Positions 47,315 through 55,374 of a stretch of DNA of 55,374 bases are shown here, in pieces. Under the pieces are notes generated by a model. That model was not told where the DNA came from and searched no databases. It saw only the letters and a program-made list of their open reading frames with translations. Source of the DNA: a virus (Duplodnaviria; Caudoviricetes). Numbering within the stretch: position 1 is the stretch's first letter; every line of letters begins with the position of its first letter. The position numbers and the translations under genes were made by a program. The DNA lies in IMG/VR virus record IMGVR_UViG_3300005529_001081, positions 1 through 55,374 of that record, one strand, 5' to 3'.

Positions 47315-48888
47315 AGACCATTCTCTTCTTCGCTTTCCTCGTTCTATCGCTGAACCTCGGCGCGATCGATATCCCGACGGTGAACTACGACTCGTCGAGG
47401 ACGAACGCTAATGGCGCCGAGGCGTCTCTTACTCCCACAAACGTTGCCGCTGGCCGCGTCAGTCTCCTGGGGCGCTGGTCCACCGATGGGTACGTCTTTG
47501 CGCAACCGCTCGTGGTGACTGGCGTTACCGTTTCCGGGGTCTTACGGAATCTGCTTATTGCGGTGACGATGAACAACAGCGTCTATGCATTCGATGCGGA
47601 TCATCCTGGCGTAACGGTTTGGAGCAATCTGGCGTTCGCGACGCCATATGCCGGCTATCCAGTGGCCGAGGCCGCGCTGTACGGTGTCTCTCAGGGCTGT
47701 CTATCGACTCCCGCCGCTGACACTTCTGCGCTGAAGTTGTATGTGGTCTGCCAGAACAATACGCCTAATTGGATCTTGCGATCAATCGATCTGACGACGG
47801 GCTCGACATTGAGCAGCGTCACGATCTCCGGCCAAGTGACGGGGACCGGCGATCCCGGAGACACAACAAGCGGAGCCAATCTCGTCTTTAACCCAGGCCG
47901 TGAGTTTCAGAGAGTTGGTATCACACTAGCCAACGGAAACGTGTATATAGGGTTCGCAGGATTGGACGATTCGCGTCCCTACCACGGGTGGGTGTTCGCC
48001 TATACTGGCTCTGACTTCTCGCAAGTTGGCGTTTGGTGCGGCTCGCCCAACAGTTGGGGCGCCGGGATCTGGATGTCGGGCGGCGGCATCGCGGTTGACG
48101 GAAGCGGCAATCTGTACGTCACGACCGGCAACGACGGCGGCTATGACGGCGTTACCAATTTCTCTGAGAGCGTAGTCAAGCTTTCACCCACGTTGATCGT
48201 TCTTGATTGGTTCACGCCGTCCAATAACTCCGCCCTCGACAGCGCTGATGCGGACGTGTCATCGAATCGCGCGCTGCTGATCCCGGGAACAACGCTGGCG
48301 GTCGTAGCGGGCAAGGACTTCAACGTGTACGTGATCGACACGACATGTATGGGGCACCTGCAAGGGTCAAGCGGTTGCCCGTTGCAGACTTTTAAAACCA
48401 ACGCCTCCGGGACACCCGGTCCCGCTTCTGGTGCCTACGGCATGACCTTCATGAACAACGTGCTGTATGTTCCGACGACGGCGGGATCGCTCTACGCCTT
48501 CACTTATTCCGGCGGCACGTTCAACGCGACACCGCTGGCGACGGAAACGACATCTTACGGAACGCCAGGACCGGCACAGATCGCGGGAAGTATCAACGGA
48601 ACGTCGAACGGGATCATCTGGGTGGTTACCGCGGCCGCCAGTGCCCACGCGACCGTTCGCGCCGGGATTCTTCACGCCTGGAACCCGACCACGCTGGCCG
48701 AGTATTGGAACAGTTCGACCAGCGGAGTCGATGACCTCGGAAATATGACGAAGTTTGCGGCGCCGGTGGTTGCGAATGGTCGCGTGTACGTTTCAGCCCT
48801 TGATGGAGGTGTCGCGGTTTACGGATTGCGGACTAGCGCGGAATCCGGCGGGACCGCGACGTTGGGCGGATCGGCTGTGTTCCGATAG
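47311..48888 (+). CDS. Exported PQQ-type beta-propeller protein
   Basis: Signal peptide; AQPL, NSVYAFDAD, YHGW, GIWMSG, TGN, KFAAPVVANGRVYV. Confidence 0.85.
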   Translation: MKTILFFAFLVLSLNLGAIDIPTVNYDSSRTNANGAEASLTPTNVAAGRVSLLGRWSTDGYVFAQPLVVTGVTVSGVLRNLLIAVTMNNSVYAFDADHPGVTVWSNLAFATPYAGYPVAEAALYGVSQGCLSTPAADTSALKLYVVCQNNTPNWILRSIDLTTGSTLSSVTISGQVTGTGDPGDTTSGANLVFNPGREFQRVGITLANGNVYIGFAGLDDSRPYHGWVFAYTGSDFSQVGVWCGSPNSWGAGIWMSGGGIAVDGSGNLYVTTGNDGGYDGVTNFSESVVKLSPTLIVLDWFTPSNNSALDSADADVSSNRALLIPGTTLAVVAGKDFNVYVIDTTCMGHLQGSSGCPLQTFKTNASGTPGPASGAYGMTFMNNVLYVPTTAGSLYAFTYSGGTFNATPLATETTSYGTPGPAQIAGSINGTSNGIIWVVTAAASAHATVRAGILHAWNPTTLAEYWNSSTSGVDDLGNMTKFAAPVVANGRVYVSALDGGVAVYGLRTSAESGGTATLGGSAVFR

Positions 48889-48966
48889 TTCGTTCGTTTT
48901 TTCGCGGCTGTTATCGGTGGCGCGGCGGGTCCAATCCCGCGAGCAGTTGAGGCCTCGTCACTTTGT

Positions 48967-49608
48967 CTACTCTAAGCGGGAAACCAAGGACGGACTGGCA
49001 AACCAGAAGCACATCCGGCTTTCTTCTACGTGAAACACGGGCTTGTTGAGCGCATCGAGGAATTGTTTTACGTCTGGATATTCGGGATTGTCGTAATCGT
49101 GCCACGCAATGCAGCCGTTGGGAGCCATCAAAAAGGCGTTACGCGTGTCTGCATCGAGCGTGGCGTGATCATGGCCGCCGTCTACGAAGACTAAATCCAT
49201 GCTCCCGTGATATTGCGATGAATCGAAGCGCAGCGACTCATCTTCGATTCTCTGAATCCGCGCGCCGTGCTTTGCGGAATTGAATTCCATCGTGTCCGTT
49301 TCGAAGTGCTGACGGGAGATTGCGGCGTGGTAGTGATCCTGCTTCACAGATCCGGCTAGTTCTGGAGCCAGATCAAACGTGAAGATTTCAGCGCCGGGAA
49401 AATTTAGGGCCAGATTCAAGGTTGTCGCGCCTCGGAAGGTCCCGAACTCGAATATACGGCGGGCTCCGACGATCTTCCCAGCGGCGAGAAGCAGAGCGGT
49501 TTCGATCAGATAGTTTTCAGTACGAAACGGCAGCTTGATCTGAACGAGCCTCTCCGGGATTTCCGGCGAAAGCAGATCGAACAGCTTATGCGGCCTGATG
49601 TGCAGCAT
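48967..49608 (-). CDS. Class I SAM methyltransferase (Methyltransf_24-like), moron
   Basis: IFEFGTFRG, DLVFVDGGH, WHDY; opposite strand to the late operon. Confidence 0.88.
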   Translation of the reverse strand: MLHIRPHKLFDLLSPEIPERLVQIKLPFRTENYLIETALLLAAGKIVGARRIFEFGTFRGATTLNLALNFPGAEIFTFDLAPELAGSVKQDHYHAAISRQHFETDTMEFNSAKHGARIQRIEDESLRFDSSQYHGSMDLVFVDGGHDHATLDADTRNAFLMAPNGCIAWHDYDNPEYPDVKQFLDALNKPVFHVEESRMCFWFASPSLVSRLE

Positions 49609-49862
49609 GATCAACCAATTATCCAGGCCGGCCCGGACAGGCGCAATCCTCCATCTCGTCCAGTACTTGGGTACCGGTCTGGGTAGCACGACGCTTCATT
49701 TCGCCAGATCGTAGGCCAGAACTACCAAAGCAGCTGCCAGCAATGTGACGACGGCTATAAGCAAGAAGCGCTGACTGTCCACGGGTTTCCATTATCGCAA
49801 TGAAGGATCGTTCGGCTCGGAGATTAGACGCACTTCGAGACCTTTCATAAAGGAGAAGCAAG

Positions 49863-50750
49863 ATGCAGCAATTGATTCAGGTCCAACAACTCGTCCCTCC
49901 TGGAGTCATCGCATACACAGGCCGCGGCGACTACCAGACTAGAACAGGCCAACAGGCGCCGGCGTACGATGCCAATCTGCTCGGATCGGGCGTCGGAGCG
50001 ATCAAACGCTGGGTCGCAAGCGGACTCAATCCGGCCAATCCAAATGCGCCCTATGCGTTCCAATACCTCGGGCTCGACGCCCAAGGCCAGCCCGCGGTTC
50101 TGAAGATGACGATTCCTGCGGGAATTGCCATGAAGCTCAATCTGCCTGGTGCGCTGGCCTACCAGGACTACAGTTCGTGGCTCCAGGCGCGCGGGGGAAC
50201 GAACAGCGTGCACGTCTTTAGCTTCATGGACCAGCAGATCCGCCGGCCGATCACCCAGGCCGAGTGGCCCCTGCTTTTGACCCCGCAGGAGGCCTCCGCT
50301 CTGGCCGCGGAAATCGGCAATGGCGCGAAGGTGGTAGACGTATCCACGGATGCCTTCAATCAGGGCTTCGTTTGGGATCCGACCGATCCGCGCAGGGTTC
50401 AGGACATCGTCGTCGGCAGCTGGCGGGGATCGGCCGGCTACCTGTTCCGCGATCGCTCGGCGGCAGCCGGCGTGGGCGCGCCTGGCTCCTGGACGATCAC
50501 GGCCGACGGGCCAAAATTCACGGCGACGACTCCGGCGACGGGCCAAACCGAGACGCGCGTGATTCCGCTCCCGATTCGCGACCTGGCAGCCGATGAAAAG
50601 CCGGTCTTCGGTGGCCCGTTCATCCCGGACCAGATCGTGGTCCAGAAGGGCAGCGACGCCATCGGCGCGGCGATCCCGGCCGATCTCGAGCAACTCATCC
50701 GCGACACGCATGACCGTGTGGTCCGGATCGACAACCTGCTTCCGCGATGA
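49863..50750 (+). CDS. Hypothetical protein
   Basis: AAAGGAG RBS; 295-aa ORF. Confidence 0.7.
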   Translation: MQQLIQVQQLVPPGVIAYTGRGDYQTRTGQQAPAYDANLLGSGVGAIKRWVASGLNPANPNAPYAFQYLGLDAQGQPAVLKMTIPAGIAMKLNLPGALAYQDYSSWLQARGGTNSVHVFSFMDQQIRRPITQAEWPLLLTPQEASALAAEIGNGAKVVDVSTDAFNQGFVWDPTDPRRVQDIVVGSWRGSAGYLFRDRSAAAGVGAPGSWTITADGPKFTATTPATGQTETRVIPLPIRDLAADEKPVFGGPFIPDQIVVQKGSDAIGAAIPADLEQLIRDTHDRVVRIDNLLPR

Positions 50751-51322
50751 AAGTCCTCATCTCGTTTTGGTTTGCGGCCGTTTCCTGCCTGGGCCAGCTC
50801 GCAGTGACGGCCGCCCCGACGCCGGCAGCAGTGGCGAAGGCGTTCCTCGATCGCAAGATCGCTGGAGTGGGCGTGTGGGCAGTCACCGCCTGCGCTCCGG
50901 TGCCTTTCCATGCCGGCGCCGGCGAAATTGTTCGGCAGGCCTTTGAGAAGCAGGGAATCGTGCTCTTTCCTTCCGCGGCCGTCGACGCCGTCACGAACGT
51001 GGCGATCGTGCGTTCGCGTGCCTCGATCGCGATGGACGTCGGGGAAGGAATCAGCCTCGGGGGGGCGGCGCTGACTTCGTCGAAGATCATCAACGCCGAC
51101 GAACGAATGACGGCCGGCATGGTCTTCGCGGCCGGCGCCGCGCACTGGGCCGCAAGTAAGTTTCAGCGGACGTCGCCCGATCCCTCGCGCCTCAAATCAC
51201 TCACTCTCCCCGACTCGATCGACGTTCCGGTAGCCGGCTGCTGGACCGGCCTCGCCCTCGGCCGCCTCGATCGCGTTTCACCGCAAATAAACATTCAGGC
51301 GCCGCCGAAGTCCGTCGACTAG
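50747..51322 (+). CDS. Hypothetical exported/membrane protein
   Basis: Signal-like N-terminus; ATGA overlap with the upstream gene. Confidence 0.6.
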   Translation: MKVLISFWFAAVSCLGQLAVTAAPTPAAVAKAFLDRKIAGVGVWAVTACAPVPFHAGAGEIVRQAFEKQGIVLFPSAAVDAVTNVAIVRSRASIAMDVGEGISLGGAALTSSKIINADERMTAGMVFAAGAAHWAASKFQRTSPDPSRLKSLTLPDSIDVPVAGCWTGLALGRLDRVSPQINIQAPPKSVD

Positions 51323-51372
51323 CCGGTTGCGGCCCGCCCGGATTTCCTCCTCGGACCGCGAAAGAAAGAAGG

Positions 51373-51960
51373 ATGAAGCTCTTGAACACGATCTATGGAA
51401 TTTGCGTAAAGATTCTCTCGGCCGTGACCAGCGGTTTCTCCTCGATGATCCAGAGGCTCATCGGGGTCAAGAGCGAGCTCGACGAGATAAAGAACGAACA
51501 GGCTCAACAGCGCAGCTTGCTCGAAAAGCTTTTGGCTGCCGTAACGCCCGGCCCGACAGCCTCCGCGGTAGTGACCTTCTACAAGGACGGGCAACCCATA
51601 GAAGGAAGGAACATGGTTCTCAAAGACAATGAGCAAGTAACATTCACGATTTCGCCGACCGATGCCAAGGGCCAGCCCAGCAACATCGACCCGGCCAAAA
51701 CCGTCGTAACCGCCGACAGGCCGGACGTGGCTATCATCACACTCAACCCCGATGGGCTGAGCGGGACGGTGAAAGCCGGCGCGATCGGCGCCGCGCAGCT
51801 GACCGGATCGGTCACGGATTTGAATAATCCGAACGACACGATCCAGTTGACGATCGATGCAATCCAGGTGGTTCCCGGCGACACCGCCAACGTGGTGGTG
51901 AATTTCTCGCAGCCGACTCCGCAGGATGCGGGCTCGGGCGGTGGCGGAGGCCAGGCCTAG
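51373..51960 (+). CDS. Coiled-coil plus Ig-like domain protein
   Basis: VTFTISPTDAKG...VAIIT...G.V.A...G.A.LT Ig-like pattern. Confidence 0.6.
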   Translation: MKLLNTIYGICVKILSAVTSGFSSMIQRLIGVKSELDEIKNEQAQQRSLLEKLLAAVTPGPTASAVVTFYKDGQPIEGRNMVLKDNEQVTFTISPTDAKGQPSNIDPAKTVVTADRPDVAIITLNPDGLSGTVKAGAIGAAQLTGSVTDLNNPNDTIQLTIDAIQVVPGDTANVVVNFSQPTPQDAGSGGGGGQA

Positions 51961-52002
51961 AAAGCCATGCGCAGGGCGGTCCTTTGACCGGCCTTGAGAT
52001 CA

Positions 52003-52039
52003 AGCCGCGGAGCGGGTATCCCGTTCCGCGGCTTTTTTT
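52003..52039 (+). terminator. Rho-independent terminator
   Basis: AGCCGCGGAGCGGG-TAT-CCCGTTCCGCGGCT followed by a T run. Confidence 0.85.
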
Positions 52040-52061
52040 GTTTCCAGGAAGGATTTCGAAC

Positions 52062-52682
52062 ATGAAACGATTACTATCGAGCCTCATCGTGCTGGCGAGC
52101 TGCTGCGTTGCTCAGACCACTGACACGCCCCTTACTCTCGACGCCTCCGGCATGGCCAAGTACTGCACGGTAGGCGGACTGCCGGCGCCCGTTTACACCT
52201 CGGCTCAGCAGGCCGACATGGATGCCTTCGCGGCTCCTTTCAACAACCTGATCTACGGCCAGCGGATCACGTGCGCGATTCCCGTGTCGTGCACCGTTTG
52301 TGACGTCATTCTCGGCTTCGTAGAGAACCGCGGCGGACCCGGCGACACGCCAATCGCGGCCGGCGGGCGCGTATTCACGGTGAGCTTTAACGGGACCGTC
52401 TCAGACCCGATCGATTTGGCGAAGCTCGCGGGCGCCCGGAACCCGTGGCAGAAGTCCTGGAAGGTAGCCGGGTTCGATGGCCTGCTACGCATCAATTTTC
52501 AGACCCTTATTCCTGGAATGAACGCGATCGCGAGCTCGGCGCGCATCTCGAATGCAGTTATGCCGTCCAACCCGGTGATGATCATGCCGATCCCGATCTT
52601 GCCCAACTGCCTTGCGCCGATCGCGTGCATTTACGACGTCAGCTCCAACCGTTGGACCTTCACGATTACGACGGCTCAGTAG
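52062..52682 (+). CDS. Exported hypothetical protein
   Basis: MKRLLSSLIVLASCCVA-Q signal peptide; AGGA RBS. Confidence 0.65.
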   Translation: MKRLLSSLIVLASCCVAQTTDTPLTLDASGMAKYCTVGGLPAPVYTSAQQADMDAFAAPFNNLIYGQRITCAIPVSCTVCDVILGFVENRGGPGDTPIAAGGRVFTVSFNGTVSDPIDLAKLAGARNPWQKSWKVAGFDGLLRINFQTLIPGMNAIASSARISNAVMPSNPVMIMPIPILPNCLAPIACIYDVSSNRWTFTITTAQ

Positions 52683-53254
52683 AGCGATAGCTCGCGTTCC
52701 AGGGCGCCGCACGAGAGCCTCTGGCCGAACCTCCGGAGGCGCTCTAGAGCCCGCCTTTTGGCCGCCGCAGCCTCGGCCTCGCTCAGATCAAGGCGTTCTG
52801 CGGCCGTCCCCAGGGTCAGTCCATCCAGAAACACGAGGCGAAGGACAGCTCGCTCCTTCTCCGAGAGCAGGCCCAGAGCGCGGCGGGCGATTTGCTGATC
52901 CGAGGACAGAATCGCCGAGTCCTCCGGACTCGGAAAGTTTCCTGCCGGCGTAAAGTCGAGCCTTGCGTGTTTGGCCTCCCGGAAAGGCCGTCGCTTGATC
53001 GAATCGATCATGGCCGCCCGGATCCGGAATTTGGCCCAGATCTCGAATGGGACGCCGCGGCCAGGGTCGTAGGAGCGCGCGAGCTTAACCAGCGCAAGCC
53101 TGCCGGCGCCGACGAGGTCTTCAGTCTCAATCGATGCCGGCAGCCTGCGCCGCAAAGAATCTGCGATCGGGCGCACAAGTGCGAGCCCGCGCTCCACCCA
53201 GTCGGCCGCGGTGTCCAACCCTTGAATTTTCGCGGCAGACGTTGAAAGTGGCAA
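52676..53254 (-). CDS. Second sigma-70-family factor (FliA-like regions 2 and 4, lacking region 3)
   Basis: EDLVGAG.LALV...YDPGRGVPF..WAKFRIR.AMID; LSEKERAVL...TL..AAERL. Confidence 0.85.
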   Translation of the reverse strand: MPLSTSAAKIQGLDTAADWVERGLALVRPIADSLRRRLPASIETEDLVGAGRLALVKLARSYDPGRGVPFEIWAKFRIRAAMIDSIKRRPFREAKHARLDFTPAGNFPSPEDSAILSSDQQIARRALGLLSEKERAVLRLVFLDGLTLGTAAERLDLSEAEAAAAKRRALERLRRFGQRLSCGALERELSLY

Positions 53255-53294
53255 CAGTTTCGGCGGATAATGTCCTGTAAAGCCAAATGTTTCC

Positions 53295-53498
53295 GTGAAA
53301 AGCAGCGAATCTACGGCTGCTGAAGAGCAGCTTTGGGGTCCGAAAGAGCTCGCGCACTACCTGGGGGTGTGCGAGCGGACGGCGATTCGTCTGATGGCGC
53401 GCGGCGAGCTGCCTGGCTTCCGGATCGGCAAGCTCTGGCGGATCCGCCCGGAAGAAGCGCGGGCGGCTTCGGGGCGTGCGGCCGCCGCTCGAGCATAA
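53295..53498 (+). CDS. Excisionase-family HTH protein
   Basis: KELAHYLGVCERT..RL..RGELPGFRIGKLWRI. Confidence 0.85.
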   Translation: MKSSESTAAEEQLWGPKELAHYLGVCERTAIRLMARGELPGFRIGKLWRIRPEEARAASGRAAAARA

Positions 53499-53552
53499 AA
53501 ACGTCAAATAAAATTGACTATCGCGCGTCGCTTGTCTACTCAAGTTGACAGT

Positions 53553-53834
53553 TCAGTCGGCTCCCTCGCGTCTCGACAGGCACCAGGTAAAATGGCGGCC
53601 CCAGGCTTTTCGACTCGGAAAATAGAGAGCGCAGTTCGCGCAGGTCTTTGGAACCGGAGGCGGGGCAGCTCGCCGGGGCCCTACCGCAGGCGCTGGCCTG
53701 GCCAGAGGAGGCTTGATCGCCGCGGGTTGCCAGGGCCGTGGCCCGACGAGCGCTGCTGCGCCCAGCATCACGTAATGCATGCCCTTGCCGCCGCGGCTGT
53801 GGCGACGGCTACGCGTGTCAAACAGCAACGGCAT
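53553..53834 (-). CDS. Hypothetical protein with C-terminal Cys motif
   Basis: ATG 2 nt after the DUF5131 stop; TCANC...C. Confidence 0.45.
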   Translation of the reverse strand: MPLLFDTRSRRHSRGGKGMHYVMLGAAALVGPRPWQPAAIKPPLARPAPAVGPRRAAPPPVPKTCANCALYFPSRKAWGRHFTWCLSRREGAD

Positions 53835-53836
53835 GG

Positions 53837-54632
53837 TTAGCGGCCGGGCGCGACGGGAAACTCGTTCCATTCGCGCCCATCGAGCAGGCGGCCCGCGGCT
53901 TTCTTTCCGAGTCTGACCATGTCCTGCTTGCCTGCGAATTCCCTCGGGGCCCATGCGCCCCATTGTTTGAAGAAGAACGGAATCCCGGCGGCCAGGCACT
54001 GATCGCGAATCGATCGCGCCCACTGCGGATCCATCGGCCTGGCGCCCGGCCCGGACTCGCCTCCGACGATGACCCAGTGCGATTCCCGTCAGATCGAGCT
54101 TGCCGAGGTCCTCGAGCAATGGCTCGATGCTCAGGAAGCGCACGGCCGCGGGCGTCTGCCGCAGGTCATCGATGCGCGACAGAGCGCCGCGATTCTCGAC
54201 TGAGACGCCCAGCCAGACGTGCTGCAGTTGGCCGAACGTCTTCCAGATATGGGGAACCAGGTCGAGCATTCTCTTTGAACGCTTGGTCAGGATCTGGTAG
54301 GTGTGCCAGTCCGCGCGTGCGATCGAACGGAAGACCTGAGCGACGTCGAAGTCCGGAAGACCTTCGTGAAACAGATCGCTCATCGTGTTCACGAAAATGC
54401 GCCGCGGCTTTTTCCAATGAAGCGGCGCCGTGAGCTTCGGCGTGATCAGCTCGACGCGTCCGGTCCAGGCCGGATGGCCATTGAGGATCGTCACGAATCC
54501 CGAATAGCCGGCGTGCTTCTGCCGGATCGCCTGGCGCTCGGCGTAGCAGTTCCGGCAGCCCTCTGAGACCCGCGAGCAGCCGCGCACGGGATTCCAGTTC
54601 TCGTCGGTCCACTCGATCGAGGTTCGTCCCAT
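53837..54632 (-). pseudogene. DUF5131 (phage Gp37/Gp68) family gene with a 1-nt frameshift
   Basis: TSIEWTD..WNP..GC...S.GC.NCYA; an extra base near 54080 splits [14 protein letters not shown]; the C-terminal FFFKQWG lies in another frame. Confidence 0.85.
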
Positions 54633-54853
54633 CAGGCGCGTGCCTCGAACTCGTCCAGCGCGGCGTGCCATTCAGCGAGCTGGTCAGGGGTCAGCCGCGT
54701 GACATTCTGTTCGGTCACGATCATGCCGGTTTTTTCCGTGGCGTAGATGATGCGGGCATCGACGCCGATCTGTTTCATGGCTTGGACGATGTCGCGCATG
54801 CAGCGATCATGGAGCGGCTCTAATGGCTGCTGACGCGGGCGGCACTGCGTCAC
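54632..54853 (-). CDS. Hypothetical protein
   Basis: Coupled overlaps on both sides; IIYATEKTG. Confidence 0.6.
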   Translation of the reverse strand: MTQCRPRQQPLEPLHDRCMRDIVQAMKQIGVDARIIYATEKTGMIVTEQNVTRLTPDQLAEWHAALDEFEARA

Positions 54854-55374
54854 GGCTCTACTCCCTCGATCTCTGAACTCGCGTGCGCTTGGACTGGATC
54901 GGCGCCGTAGAGAGGAATCACCCTCTGGACCGCGCGCGCGTTCCAGATGCAGCCGCTTGCGCAGTCCCAGGTGTAGTACCAGGGCGCATCACCGCAGAGC
55001 CGTCGCGCCCAGATATACGGCGCAATGATGATGCCGTCGAAGGACGACGCCACCGCGCCCCAGTCGATCCGGTAGCCGGACAGAAAGCCTCCTGCGTCGC
55101 TGAGATATCGACGGCTGAAATCGTCAATTCCTTTCGCATCGCGGATTCTCAGAATATTGGCTGTATCTTCCAAGACGATTTCGTGCGGGTGCGTCAGGCA
55201 ATCGAGCATGAAAGCCCGGTCTTCGCACCATGCCTTCCAATCGTCATCTCCTTCGACGGAGACCCACAGTCCTGTCGGCTTGAAGTGGGCTGGTTGCAAG
55301 CCCGCAGGCACCGAGCGAACCTCTAGCAACGGTTCCCGGCTGTAATGGATCAGGCGTTGCTTCGGCCGGTTCAC
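54850..55374 (-). CDS. Conserved phage hypothetical protein
   Basis: KPTGLWVS, IDW.AV...FDGI, WDC.S.CIW motifs; reaches the window edge. Confidence 0.65.
   Translation of the reverse strand: MNRPKQRLIHYSREPLLEVRSVPAGLQPAHFKPTGLWVSVEGDDDWKAWCEDRAFMLDCLTHPHEIVLEDTANILRIRDAKGIDDFSRRYLSDAGGFLSGYRIDWGAVASSFDGIIIAPYIWARRLCGDAPWYYTWDCASGCIWNARAVQRVIPLYGADPVQAHASSEIEGVEP

Larger units (their letters stand above)
1..55374. mobile_element. Temperate lambda-like siphophage genome (near complete, circularly permuted or excised form)
   Basis: Terminase, portal, protease, capsid, tail tube, tape measure, integrase, excisionase and repressor switch are all present; there are no host housekeeping genes; the minus-strand early operon appears at both window ends. 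Confidence 0.95.

Noticed and set aside
53553-54671. 372-aa ORF as one protein
   Set aside because: Artefact of the DUF5131 frameshift running into the downstream small ORF
1-55374. CRISPR or other guide-RNA arrays, tRNA/rRNA genes, DGR or retron reverse transcriptase, IS elements
   Set aside because: By eye I found no regularly spaced repeats, cloverleafs, RT (YxDD) motifs or transposase motifs; a weak array could have been missed

Overview
The window is a near-complete, apparently circularly permuted temperate siphophage (or excised prophage) of about 55 kb with high GC. The host is most likely Acidobacteriota/Bryobacterales, inferred from gene styles I recognise and not from a search. The early operon runs leftward on the minus strand and is present at both window ends. 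It contains integrase, HNH, a HerA-like ATPase, a replication initiator with a DnaA domain-I C-terminus, and DUF5131. A divergent Cro-like/RHH switch sits at 10.1-10.8 kb. Next is a module with iteron-like repeats, a FimB/Xer-like recombinase, a 30-bp palindromic site and Ku. The long rightward late operon carries a lambda-like cos site, a FliA-type sigma factor, lambda-type terminase, portal and head genes, and non-contractile tail genes with a probable tail-chaperone frameshift. The most striking element is a 6.6-kb glycan-modification cassette between head and tail genes. It encodes 5 GT2s, a Maf/GT42-like protein, a methyltransferase, a deacetylase and an alpha/alpha-barrel enzyme. Other standouts are three FliA-related sigma proteins, a shared motif upstream of one sigma gene and the recombinase, a membrane-anchored paralogue of a Rep domain, and signal peptides on fibre-like late proteins. 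All protein calls come from motif recognition by eye; no database searches were run.
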